The notes under the pieces were generated by a model. The model had not been told where the DNA came from and did not search any database. It saw only the letters and a program-made list of their open reading frames with translations. Positions 10,363 to 19,257 of a DNA stretch of 64,000 nucleotides are shown here, piece after piece; the stretch's first letter is position 1, and every line of letters starts with the position of its first letter. Origin of the DNA: a virus; IMG/VR virus record IMGVR_UViG_3300025151_000017, positions 32,001 through 96,000 of that record, one strand, 5' to 3'. The position numbers and the translations under genes were made by a program.

Positions 10363-10664
10363 CAGAACAAGAAATAAAAGAAAAGATTAAGCAAAGACGA
10401 ACACAGATGTTAGTCCACTCCTGCATATATTATGAGTTGAATGACAACATTGTACCTGATGCAGTGTGGCAGAAGTGGGCTGACGAACTTCGTGATTTGC
10501 AAAACGAACATCCATTGCTTTGTCAAATAGAACATTTTGATGAAGCATTCGCTCGGTGGGATGGATCCACTGGTCATCATTTACCTCTCAGAGATCCGTG
10601 GGTTTTTAACCGAGCGACACAATTACTTGAAGCAAAAGAGAAAGGATTTGGCTCATGGCTGTAA
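10359..10664 (+). CDS. stand-alone protein resembling domain Ia of NAD-dependent DNA ligase
   Basis: HSCIYYELNDNIVPDAVWQKWADELRDL. Confidence 0.6.
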   Translation: MTEQEIKEKIKQRRTQMLVHSCIYYELNDNIVPDAVWQKWADELRDLQNEHPLLCQIEHFDEAFARWDGSTGHHLPLRDPWVFNRATQLLEAKEKGFGSWL

Positions 10665-10876
10665 AAGAAAAAACACCAGCACCCAATGCTAAACTAAGAT
10701 ACCATGTAAAACGAAAAGGCAAAAGATTTGCTGTTATCGAAAATGGTGGAGATTATGTAAACAAAGTTATACATGAAACTTCTGATAAAAAAGAAGCATA
10801 TGCCATTTCTAAATTACAAGGGAGAACACAACAATGGGCACCCAATGGTGGTGTGCCTTTGTTTCTATGCCCATGA
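10655..10876 (+). CDS. hypothetical protein
   Basis: Coupled ORF in operon. Confidence 0.55.
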   Translation: MAVKEKTPAPNAKLRYHVKRKGKRFAVIENGGDYVNKVIHETSDKKEAYAISKLQGRTQQWAPNGGVPLFLCP

Positions 10877-11538
10877 CATACATCGTTCCTGAAAAAGTTT
10901 ATTACATACATATCCCCAAAGCAGGTGGTACAAGTGAAAAGTACAAGCTGATAGATTTGTATGGCGATGCTTTGGTAGAAGTGCCTACAGGAAAACACAG
11001 TCCTTATGATGAGAAGTATGCCCATTATGATTGTATCTATACTCATGTAAGAAATCCACACACTCGAATGCTATCAATGTATTTGTTTCATTTTGAACTT
11101 AACCATATGCCAGAAAAACATATTGATAAGGAGAGATGGACTTTTCTTGATACAGAATTTAGATGGAAGATATCCAAAGTTTTTGGTTCAAACTGGAAAG
11201 ACATAAGTGATTTTGATAAACTAATTATGCAAAAAATGAAACCACTACATAGTAATATCTCACCTGATAATTATGTGAAGTGGTTAGAGTTGGTGGGCAA
11301 AGCTAACGATAGGATGGATCCTAATGCAGAAAAAAACTCAATAATTCGTCCATTCGTTCAACAGCATTTGTGGGTATCAGATAATGTACATGTGAAAAAG
11401 ATTGAAGATGAAAAAGGTTTCGCAAAATTAAACCAAACAAGCAGAATGCCTGGACATAATGATGATGAATATCTAGAAGCAGGTCGTTCACTTATTGAGC
11501 AATATTACTCAGAAGATTTAAGGAGGTTCGGATATTAA
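10873..11538 (+). CDS. sulfotransferase family 2-like protein
   Basis: YIHIPKAGGTS and VRNPHTRMLSMY PAPS-binding motifs. Confidence 0.75.
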   Translation: MTYIVPEKVYYIHIPKAGGTSEKYKLIDLYGDALVEVPTGKHSPYDEKYAHYDCIYTHVRNPHTRMLSMYLFHFELNHMPEKHIDKERWTFLDTEFRWKISKVFGSNWKDISDFDKLIMQKMKPLHSNISPDNYVKWLELVGKANDRMDPNAEKNSIIRPFVQQHLWVSDNVHVKKIEDEKGFAKLNQTSRMPGHNDDEYLEAGRSLIEQYYSEDLRRFGY

Positions 11539-12376
11539 AACATATTCAGGATACAAAGGTGTAATAGGAATATTAACCAGCACCCATCAAAGTGTTCAAC
11601 AAGTATTGCGTTGTATGGAGTCTTGTAAAGGATATCCTATCTGGGTACATGATAATAGCAATGACTCGAATCATATTCAGATAATGGAAAAGGCAGTAAA
11701 AAATAGGTGCCATTATTTTTCTTCTAGTATTTCTAATAATACTCCAGGCAAGGGAAAAAATACTTTGATGAAACAATTTGCTATGGACACCAACTTAAGA
11801 TTTTTTGATTACTGCTATTTGATAGATAGCGATGATGAATGGGGAGACACCTTACCTGAATTATTTAAGAAGCATTACACTGGAGATATCTTACTGTTAT
11901 CTGGTCAGAAAAATCTTTGGCATGGTAAATCATTAAAAACTCATGCTGAGATGGTAAAAGAAGTTCTTAATCATGTTGGCGAAGACTACACTGTTCCAGA
12001 CTTCTCTACGAAAACTATGATGGAAATGAATGAGATGCTTTCTAAGTTTTATAAACACCCAAATGGCGAACAGGGTACAGTAAATAGACTAATAGGATTT
12101 AATAAAACAGCACACCATAAACTTCAGTTCCATGAAGATATTCGTATGGGTGAAGATCTTCTGTTTATGGTAGATGCTGTAATGGCAGAAAAAAGAGGAG
12201 AACTGAAACTAAATTATTTACACGATGAAAATCTATATGTTTACAATATGAACGAGCAAGGTGTATGGATATATAATATGACCAGACCAAAAGAGAAGTG
12301 GCTCAGTTTATTTAGAAGCCACTTACCGAAATCACTTCCAAGAAACATTCACAAATATAAGGTAGAGTGGATATGA
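11534..12376 (+). CDS. GT-A (GT2-like) glycosyltransferase; probable AUU start
   Basis: YLIDSDD DxD motif, GEDLLF; frame open back to ATT at 11534 behind AAGGAGGT. Confidence 0.55.
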   Translation: MKTYSGYKGVIGILTSTHQSVQQVLRCMESCKGYPIWVHDNSNDSNHIQIMEKAVKNRCHYFSSSISNNTPGKGKNTLMKQFAMDTNLRFFDYCYLIDSDDEWGDTLPELFKKHYTGDILLLSGQKNLWHGKSLKTHAEMVKEVLNHVGEDYTVPDFSTKTMMEMNEMLSKFYKHPNGEQGTVNRLIGFNKTAHHKLQFHEDIRMGEDLLFMVDAVMAEKRGELKLNYLHDENLYVYNMNEQGVWIYNMTRPKEKWLSLFRSHLPKSLPRNIHKYKVEWI

Positions 12377-12463
12377 GCAAGTTTAAATTTTATCTAGAAA
12401 TAATTACCTGTCTGTTTATTATCGCAGGTGTGCTACGACATTTTTAACGAGGAGAACTATATC

Positions 12464-12757
12464 ATGGGAAAACACATCAAAACAAGTATGGACTATAAAG
12501 TCATTGACTATCTAGCCATTGAATTGTGGAGAAAGGATCCAAACAACAAAGTGCTACATACATTTATGGGCATGAAAAATGAAGAGGGCAATCAAATTAA
12601 TAAAGCGATTGACACTTATGAGAAGACAGGCGAGTTCCCGACCCATTACAATACTGATGGGACATGGCAATATGAGTCTGGACAGATAAGTTTTGACGCA
12701 TTTTTACAGCATGAAGACCCCACTGGAATAGAAAAAGCAAAAAAAAGTTATAAGTAA
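12464..12757 (+). CDS. hypothetical protein
   Basis: GAGGAG RBS then MGKHIKT. Confidence 0.6.
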   Translation: MGKHIKTSMDYKVIDYLAIELWRKDPNNKVLHTFMGMKNEEGNQINKAIDTYEKTGEFPTHYNTDGTWQYESGQISFDAFLQHEDPTGIEKAKKSYK

Positions 12758-12845
12758 TTGATTTTTAATAGCAAAATAATTTAAAAAAAGTAAAAAAGTC
12801 CTTTACTTTTGGATCAAAATCAGGTAGAATACTTGTATAAATTGA
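12747..12845 (+). promoter_or_regulatory. class I promoter element, copy 2
   Basis: TTTACT 12802, TAGAAT 12825; IHF-like TAAGTAATTGATT upstream. Confidence 0.85.
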
Positions 12846-12870
12846 TAATGTTAATAGTGAGGTATATATT

Positions 12871-14058
12871 ATGACAAACTTATCTAAAGAAACTGCCTTC
12901 TTAGAAAAAGCATTTGAGCTTTTTCCTGAAGTTAGTGAGTCAAGAGAAATGACTCATTCACAGCTTCAAGCTGTGAGGGATGCTGGGGTATCGGTTCCTG
13001 GCACAGTATGGGAAAACAAAGTTGCTGGTTCACGACCTGCTCTTTATGTTATTCCTGGTGGTTCGGTGACTGCTCCGATTGCTTCAGAGCCAGTTGTTTC
13101 TGAGCCTGCTCCGATTGTTGCTCAAAAATCTTCAGTGGTTTCTACCACTCTAGATAAAAACAGTTTGGTTCCTGCGAAGGATCCTAACTATGTTCCTTTC
13201 GGAAACTACAGAGATCTACAGGTTATTATTAAATCTGGTATGTTCTACCCTGCCTACATTACAGGTCCTACTGGTAATGGTAAATCTACTTCTGTTGAGC
13301 AGATTTGTGCTAATACCAACAAACCTTTAATTCGTGTAAACCTTAACACCATGACTGATGAAGACCAATTGATTGGTTCTAAAACTTTGGTTGATGGTAA
13401 TGTTGAGATCGTAGAAGGTCCAATCGTTATCGCCATGAGATATGGTATCCCTCTTCTTCTTGATGAGATTGATGCTGGTGGTGCTAACACCCTTCTTTGT
13501 TTACAGCCGATCCTTGAAGGAAAGCCATTTTATTTCAAACTTAAAAATGAAATGATTACTCCTGCTAAAGGATTTAATATCTTTGCTACTGCTAACACCA
13601 AAGGTAAAGGATCTGACGATGGTCGATACATTGGTACGAATGTACTTAATGAAGCATTCCTTGAAAGGTTTGCTGTGACTTTCAATCAACCTTACCCAAG
13701 TGAAAAAGTTGAGTTGCAGATTGTTCAAAAGTTGTTTGTTCACTTTGGTTTTGCTGACCAGAAGAAAACTCTCAACATCAATCCACATCTTGATGACTTT
13801 GCTAAAAACTTAGTTAAGTGGGCAGCAGTTGTTCGTAAGACTTTTGATGATGGTGGGTGTGATGAAAACATCACGACTCGTAGATTGACTCACATTGTTC
13901 GTGCCTTCTCTATCTTCAAGAATGAGAAGAAAGCAATTGAACTTTGCTTGAACAGGTTTGATGATGTCACTAAAATGGCATTCCTTGACCTTTACACTAA
14001 AATCGCTTCAGGGGAACATGAAGATTCTCCTGAAGTTTCTGAAGAGGAGTCTGAATAA
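12871..14058 (+). CDS. cobS: CobS/MoxR-type AAA+ ATPase
   Basis: GPTGNGKS, LLLDEID, ATANTKGKG, NEAFLERF, ITTRRL. Confidence 0.9.
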   Translation: MTNLSKETAFLEKAFELFPEVSESREMTHSQLQAVRDAGVSVPGTVWENKVAGSRPALYVIPGGSVTAPIASEPVVSEPAPIVAQKSSVVSTTLDKNSLVPAKDPNYVPFGNYRDLQVIIKSGMFYPAYITGPTGNGKSTSVEQICANTNKPLIRVNLNTMTDEDQLIGSKTLVDGNVEIVEGPIVIAMRYGIPLLLDEIDAGGANTLLCLQPILEGKPFYFKLKNEMITPAKGFNIFATANTKGKGSDDGRYIGTNVLNEAFLERFAVTFNQPYPSEKVELQIVQKLFVHFGFADQKKTLNINPHLDDFAKNLVKWAAVVRKTFDDGGCDENITTRRLTHIVRAFSIFKNEKKAIELCLNRFDDVTKMAFLDLYTKIASGEHEDSPEVSEEESE

Positions 14059-14495
14059 TGGAGTTAGTCGGATACGAAAATCTTACTAAGTTTCAGAGAC
14101 GATGGGTAGATAACATGATTGAGATCTACCCTGACCTCGTGAGTGGTGGTGCTATTACTCTTGAGCAATGTACCGAAGGCATCGTAAAGCTAAAAGCCAA
14201 ACATGCTGAGGATCCTACATTCCCCAAGATTGGTACACCTAATTGGAATTATAAAATCAACAAGATCGACAAAGGCATCTATTTCTTTCCTGCACCAAAT
14301 GCAGATCCTGAGATGGCGATTCGTGAAGCAGAGGATATAAGAATATCTCGTTTACCGAAACCGAAGTTTGTCATAAAAGACGAGGAAGATGCCGATTTCG
14401 TGAAGGAACTGAGGGAGTTCGGTATTGATATCGAAACCACTGAAGAGGGTGGTGCTTCAGTTCCTGACCTGAGGGATTCATCTGTTATTGACTGA
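14058..14495 (+). CDS. hypothetical protein
   Basis: TAATG coupling to cobS. Confidence 0.6.
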   Translation: MELVGYENLTKFQRRWVDNMIEIYPDLVSGGAITLEQCTEGIVKLKAKHAEDPTFPKIGTPNWNYKINKIDKGIYFFPAPNADPEMAIREAEDIRISRLPKPKFVIKDEEDADFVKELREFGIDIETTEEGGASVPDLRDSSVID

Positions 14496-14511
14496 CGATA
14501 GCTGATGATAG

Positions 14512-14551
14512 AGTGGGCAGGACTGCCATCTCCTGCCCACTTGTTTTTTTT
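14512..14551 (+). terminator. intrinsic terminator
   Basis: AGTGGGCAGGA/TCCTGCCCACT stem followed by a T tract. Confidence 0.8.
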
Positions 14552-14562
14552 ATAGTGGAGTA

Positions 14563-14639
14563 GGACTCGTAGCTCAACTGGACAGAGCAAGAGACTTCTA
14601 ATCTCTAGGTTGCAGGTTCGAGTCCTGCCGAGTTCGCCA
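14563..14639 (+). tRNA. tRNA-Arg (anticodon UCU)
   Basis: GGACTCG/CGAGTTC acceptor, AGAGA-CTTCTAA-TCTCT anticodon arm, GGTTCGAGTCC T arm, encoded CCA. Confidence 0.95.
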
Positions 14640-14640
14640 C

Positions 14641-14669
14641 TTTACTTTTAAGTTTTTTTAATATAGAGT
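14641..14669 (+). promoter_or_regulatory. class II promoter (clamp/loader operon)
   Basis: TTTACT-17-TAGAGT. Confidence 0.7.
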
Positions 14670-14676
14670 ATGTAAT

Positions 14677-14988
14677 ATGAAAAAGAAAATATCAGACATT
14701 ATTCCTATAGACTATAAATTTAATGAAGATAAACTTATTGAGGATTTTAAAAAATATATTGATAAGACTTATCAAGGACATTACAGTAAAAATTCATTTC
14801 AGGCAAGTGAGTTTATAATTGACTGTGGTCATGGTATGGGATTTTTTATGGGCAATGTATTGAAGTATGCCCAAAGGTATGGTAAGAAGGATGGCTACAA
14901 TCGAGCCGACATCTTAAAAATACTTCACTATGCGTTGATGGCTTTACATCAACATGATATAAACCAATCTGAGGAGAAAAATATATAA
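14677..14988 (+). CDS. DUF3310-like protein
   Basis: HY...GFFMGNVLKYAQRYGKKDG...DILKILHY. Confidence 0.75.
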   Translation: MKKKISDIIPIDYKFNEDKLIEDFKKYIDKTYQGHYSKNSFQASEFIIDCGHGMGFFMGNVLKYAQRYGKKDGYNRADILKILHYALMALHQHDINQSEEKNI

Positions 14989-15653
14989 TGAAACTTTCGA
15001 AAGAAACTTTGAGTGTCCTTAAGAACTTTGCCACTATTAATGGCAACATTCTTATTAAGACTGGGAATCGTTTATCAACGATCTCCGCACAAAAAAATGT
15101 TATGGCTTCTACTACTGTCAGTGAAAACTTTGACAGTGACTTCGGGATCTATGACTTGAACGAGTTCTTGGGTGTGTACAGTTTATTTGCTGACGATCCT
15201 GAACTTGCATTTGATGAAAAATTTGTCACAGTTGCTAATGGCAAATCTAAAGTAAAGTATTTTGCTGCAGATCCATCAGTACTAGCATCGCCAACTAAAG
15301 ATGCTCTTCCTGTTGATGAAGATATTAAATTTGAATTATCTCGTTCATCTTACGACATGATTATGAAAACATCTTCAGTCCTAAGATCTAACGATGTATC
15401 TTTTATTGGTAAAGATGGTAATATCACTGTGGTTGTGGCTGATAAGAAAAATGCTACTTCTAATTCTTGGGACTCTGTTGTCGGTCAAACTGATAAAGAG
15501 TTTAAAGTGAACTTCAGGATTGATAATTTTAAAATGCTTGAGGGTGATTACGAAGTCTCTATTTCTAAGAAAAGGATTTCTAAGTTTGCTTCAAAGATGA
15601 ATGACTTGACTTACTTCATCGCAGTTGAAGCTGACTCTACTTTTGACTTTTAA
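14988..15653 (+). CDS. gp45: sliding clamp gp45
   Basis: MKLSKETLSVLKNFATIN, FGIYDLNEFL, YFIAVE. Confidence 0.95.
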   Translation: MKLSKETLSVLKNFATINGNILIKTGNRLSTISAQKNVMASTTVSENFDSDFGIYDLNEFLGVYSLFADDPELAFDEKFVTVANGKSKVKYFAADPSVLASPTKDALPVDEDIKFELSRSSYDMIMKTSSVLRSNDVSFIGKDGNITVVVADKKNATSNSWDSVVGQTDKEFKVNFRIDNFKMLEGDYEVSISKKRISKFASKMNDLTYFIAVEADSTFDF

Positions 15654-15673
15654 TTTATTATGAGATTTATATT

Positions 15674-16612
15674 ATGGATGAACAATTTATTTGGGTCGAG
15701 AAATATCGACCACAAACTATTGATGAGTGTGTCTTACCAGAGAGTTTAAAAGATACATTCAAAGAGTTTATTGCAAGTGGGCAACTACCGAACTTTCTGT
15801 TCTGTGGTTCAGCTGGTTGTGGTAAGACCACAGTAGCCAGAGCACTTTGCAATGAAGTCGGTGCTGAGTATCTGTTCATTAATGGATCGGAGGAATCTGG
15901 CATTGATGTGATACGAACTAAAATCAAAAACTTTGCTTCGTCTGTTTCCCTGACAGACTCAAAGAAAATCGTTATTCTTGATGAAGCTGATTATCTAAAT
16001 CCGAACAGTACTCAGCCAGCACTAAGAGCATTTATCGAAGAGTTCTCTGGGAACTGTCGATTTATCTTCACTTGTAATTTTAAGAATAGGATTATTGAGC
16101 CACTACATTCTAGGTGTGCTGTTATTGAGTTTAGAACTACTGCTAAACAAAAACCAGCAGTTGCTACAGCTTTCTTCAAAAGAGTCACTGATATTCTTGC
16201 TAAGGAAGGTATAGAGCATGACCAGAAGGCAGTCTTAGAACTAATACAAAAACACTTCCCTGACTTTCGTAGAGTACTAAACGAACTACAAAGATATTCA
16301 GTATCAGGTAGGATAGACTCTGGTGTTATGATTAATGTCAGTGAAGACTCTTGGAATAATCTGTTCTCGCTACTGAAAGATAAGAACTTTAAAGAAGTTC
16401 GTAAATGGGTCACAGCAAATGGTGACATTGAAACAACACAATTATTTTCTGATTTATTTAACAATGCTAATGATAAACTGACTGCCGAGTCTGTACCACA
16501 ACTGGTATTAATCTTGGCTGACTATCAGTACAAAGCAGCATTTGTGGCTGACCATGAACTGAATAAAATGGCAGCACTTACAGAGATAATGGCATCCTGT
16601 AAGTTTAAATAA
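15674..16612 (+). CDS. gp44: clamp loader subunit gp44
   Basis: WVEKYRP, GCGKTT, DEAD, LHSRC, FPDFRR. Confidence 0.95.
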   Translation: MDEQFIWVEKYRPQTIDECVLPESLKDTFKEFIASGQLPNFLFCGSAGCGKTTVARALCNEVGAEYLFINGSEESGIDVIRTKIKNFASSVSLTDSKKIVILDEADYLNPNSTQPALRAFIEEFSGNCRFIFTCNFKNRIIEPLHSRCAVIEFRTTAKQKPAVATAFFKRVTDILAKEGIEHDQKAVLELIQKHFPDFRRVLNELQRYSVSGRIDSGVMINVSEDSWNNLFSLLKDKNFKEVRKWVTANGDIETTQLFSDLFNNANDKLTAESVPQLVLILADYQYKAAFVADHELNKMAALTEIMASCKFK

Positions 16613-16995
16613 TGGCAAATCCATTTCTATACATAAATAATATCACTAACGACAAGAAGGATTTATTTAAGGATAATCCTCTTGCTGACAAAGACTATGC
16701 ACCTTTTATAGTCAATCGTGGTCTAGGATATTTTCCTGATACTATTATGCAAGCAAACCTGATGAATAGGTATGGAGACATCCCTAAGTCTTGGCAATAC
16801 TATTTTTTACTAAATACTATTACAAAAGGCAAAAGGTTTTCGAAGTGGCATAAAGCTGAAAAGCAGACCGAGTCCTTAAAGCTGGTCATGGAATATTATG
16901 GATATTCACCAGATAAGGCTCGTCAGGTAATGGATATATTAACAACTGACCAGATGAGCATAATTAAAGAAAGATTAAATAAAGGTGGTAAATAA
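16612..16995 (+). CDS. gp62: clamp loader subunit gp62
   Basis: YAPFIVNRGL, KRFSKW, YYGYS; follows gp44. Confidence 0.9.
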   Translation: MANPFLYINNITNDKKDLFKDNPLADKDYAPFIVNRGLGYFPDTIMQANLMNRYGDIPKSWQYYFLLNTITKGKRFSKWHKAEKQTESLKLVMEYYGYSPDKARQVMDILTTDQMSIIKERLNKGGK

Positions 16996-16996
16996 A

Positions 16997-17413
16997 ATGT
17001 CAGTTGAAATGATACATTACGATTGGTCGCCAGAGTCGATGTTAGAAGTCACTCTGCCTGAACCAGATAATTTTTTAAAGGTGAGAGAAACTTTAACGAG
17101 GATAGGAATCTCTTCTCGCACAGAGAACAAGCTATTTCAATCTTGCCATATTCTTCACAAGCAAGGCAAGTATTTCATAGTACACTTCAAAGAACTTTTT
17201 GCATTAGATGGCAAAGAATCTAATATAGCCAATAATGATATTGAAAGAAGAAATACAATTGCTGTACTATTACAGGATTGGGAACTCTTAAAAATTGTGA
17301 AACCTGAGCAAGCAGAGCCAAAAGCATCCTTGTCTCAGATTAAGGTTTTATCCCATAAAGATAAATCTTCTTGGGAATTAGTACCTAAATATAACATTGG
17401 TAAAAAGAAATAG
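16997..17413 (+). CDS. regA: translational repressor RegA
   Basis: FLKVRETLTRIGI, QSCHILHKQGKYFIVHFKELF. Confidence 0.95.
   Translation: MSVEMIHYDWSPESMLEVTLPEPDNFLKVRETLTRIGISSRTENKLFQSCHILHKQGKYFIVHFKELFALDGKESNIANNDIERRNTIAVLLQDWELLKIVKPEQAEPKASLSQIKVLSHKDKSSWELVPKYNIGKKK
17385..17391 (+). promoter_or_regulatory. gp55-type late promoter (CTAAATA)
   Basis: Variant of T4 TATAAATA just upstream of a structural-type gene; motif recurs before other late-type genes. Confidence 0.5.
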
Positions 17414-17421
17414 GAGAGTAA

Positions 17422-18669
17422 ATGGCTGACGCAAAGATTAGTGAACTTCCAGTACTAGCGACCCCAGAGTCCATTGATAAACTACTGATTGTTGACACTT
17501 CCGAATCTACTACAAAACACATTACATATGGAAGTTTGGTTTCTACCTTACAAGGTGCCAATGTAACACTTGCTGCACTAGGTGATGTAAACCTTACTGG
17601 ATTGTCTAATGGTAATGTAATTAAATACAATGCTTCTGCTAACGAATGGCAACCAGGCAGTGACACAGCTGGTATCTTATATACTGACTTGTCAGCAATT
17701 AATGCTTCGGCATCTGGTGGTGGTTCTTTAGCATTTAACAATGTCACAGGTGTATTTACTAATACTCCACCTGACTTGTCGTCATTCATTACAGCTTCAT
17801 CTACCGATACACTAACTAACAAATCTGGTAATATATCAATGTTCACTAATAACAGTGGATATATTACAGCATCTTCATCTGATACTCTTACCAACAAAGC
17901 TGGTAATATATCAATGTTTACTAATGATGCTAATTACCTGACCACAACATCAACTAGTACACTAACAAATAAAACTATTGATGCTGACGCAACAGGAAAC
18001 TCTATTACAAATTTAGAAGATGCTAACATAAAAGCATCTGCTGCGATTGACGCAACTAAGATTGCTGATGGCTCAGTCACAAATACTGAGTTTCAACATC
18101 TTAGTACTGTGACTGGTAATGTACAAACACAGATAGATGCTAAAGCAGATACTTCTTCGCTGGCAGCATCAGCAACTACCGATACCACTAATGCTTCTAA
18201 TATAGGAAGTGGCACATTAAACAAAGCTAGACTGCCTGCATCTATAGACGCAGATACTACTGGAAATGCAGCAACAGCAACCTCTGCTACAACTGCTACT
18301 AACACAACAAATTTACCTAGCACAACTCTAGGAGACAACCAAACTTATATCATGGCTTATATTTTTGATGCTGGAGCAGGAACGAATATGTATTCTATTG
18401 CTGTTAATGGTACTGTGTCTGGAGATAAATTATATGTATCAGCATTTACCCCAACAACAACAGACATCGGTCCAGGGTATCAAGGAAATTTTCAACCACC
18501 AGCAACTGCTTCAGGAGATAATGCTGGGGACAATATTAATATATGGACACAAGTAGACTCTGGTGGTACAAGCACTTGGAGAAACATGGGTCCACAAGCT
18601 GCAGTTTCGTACGATCCTGCTGGTAGTGATTGGTACAAAGTACCAGCATTATTCGTGAGGATCTCGTAA
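17422..18669 (+). CDS. fibre-like virion structural protein
   Basis: MADAKISELP anchor-like start, L.ALGDV..NGNVIKYN module, TLTNK repeats, S/T/A/N-rich. Confidence 0.7.
   Translation: MADAKISELPVLATPESIDKLLIVDTSESTTKHITYGSLVSTLQGANVTLAALGDVNLTGLSNGNVIKYNASANEWQPGSDTAGILYTDLSAINASASGGGSLAFNNVTGVFTNTPPDLSSFITASSTDTLTNKSGNISMFTNNSGYITASSSDTLTNKAGNISMFTNDANYLTTTSTSTLTNKTIDADATGNSITNLEDANIKASAAIDATKIADGSVTNTEFQHLSTVTGNVQTQIDAKADTSSLAASATTDTTNASNIGSGTLNKARLPASIDADTTGNAATATSATTATNTTNLPSTTLGDNQTYIMAYIFDAGAGTNMYSIAVNGTVSGDKLYVSAFTPTTTDIGPGYQGNFQPPATASGDNAGDNINIWTQVDSGGTSTWRNMGPQAAVSYDPAGSDWYKVPALFVRIS
17788..17937 (+). repeat. 75-bp in-frame tandem duplication
   Basis: ITASSTDTLTNKSGNISMFTNNSGY / ITASSSDTLTNKAGNISMFTNDANY. 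Confidence 0.85.
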
Positions 18670-18687
18670 AAAAATTTATATAAAGGA

Positions 18688-18715
18688 CTTGAAATTTTTG
18701 TAATGATACCTATAT
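18688..18715 (+). promoter_or_regulatory. RpoH (sigma32)-type promoter of hsp20
   Basis: CTTGAA-N15-CCTATAT. Confidence 0.7.
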
Positions 18716-18723
18716 ATAATGTA

Positions 18724-18782
18724 GAGAATGCCATAATGGGTTCTCGTAATTTAAACTCGCTTCATAAAGGAGGAAAACTATG
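18724..18782 (+). promoter_or_regulatory. ROSE-like RNA thermometer in hsp20 5' UTR
   Basis: CUCGCUU-caua-AAGGAG hairpin with bulged G covering the SD, preceded by a second hairpin. Confidence 0.6.
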
Positions 18783-19202
18783 AACGCAACTTTTAATGTT
18801 TGGAGAGACACTTCTCCATTTTCTATTGGCTTTGACAATCTATTTGATACATTCGATAGAGTTAATGCTATTCACAAATCAGAAAGCTACCCACCATACA
18901 ATATCAAAAAACTCAGCGATGAGAAGTTTGCTATTGAAATGGCTGTGGCTGGATTTTCTAAAAAAGATATTACAGTTGAACATCAGGAGAACACTTTGAC
19001 AATCAAGTCAGTGCCTTCTGAAACTAAAACTGAAGAGGAATATGTACATCAAGGTATTTCTAAAAGAAACTTTACTCGTACATTTACAGTCGCCGATGAT
19101 GTAGTAGTCAAAGGTGCTTCTCTAAAAGACGGAATGCTTTCTGTCGAACTCGAAAGGATTATTCCTGAAGAGAAAAAACTTAAAGTCATCGACATTAAGT
19201 AA
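18780..19202 (+). CDS. small heat shock protein Hsp20 (IbpA-like)
   Basis: YPPYNI, EMAVAGF, HQGISKRNFTRTF, DGML. Confidence 0.95.
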   Translation: MNATFNVWRDTSPFSIGFDNLFDTFDRVNAIHKSESYPPYNIKKLSDEKFAIEMAVAGFSKKDITVEHQENTLTIKSVPSETKTEEEYVHQGISKRNFTRTFTVADDVVVKGASLKDGMLSVELERIIPEEKKLKVIDIK

Positions 19203-19212
19203 TTAACCAAGT

Positions 19213-19234
19213 CCCTCCTCCCGATGGAGGAGGG
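19213..19234 (+). terminator. GC-rich hairpin after hsp20
   Basis: CCCTCCTCC-cgat-GGAGGAGGG; weak U tract. Confidence 0.5.
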
Positions 19235-19257
19235 CACCACTTTAATATGGAGATATT

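Noticed and set aside
12871-14058. cobS as evidence of cobalamin biosynthesis
   Set aside because: No cobN or other cob genes in the window; a generic MoxR-VWA role is more parsimonious.
14512-14551. Second tRNA or ncRNA before tRNA-Arg
   Set aside because: It is a single hairpin plus U tract, which fits a terminator, not a cloverleaf.
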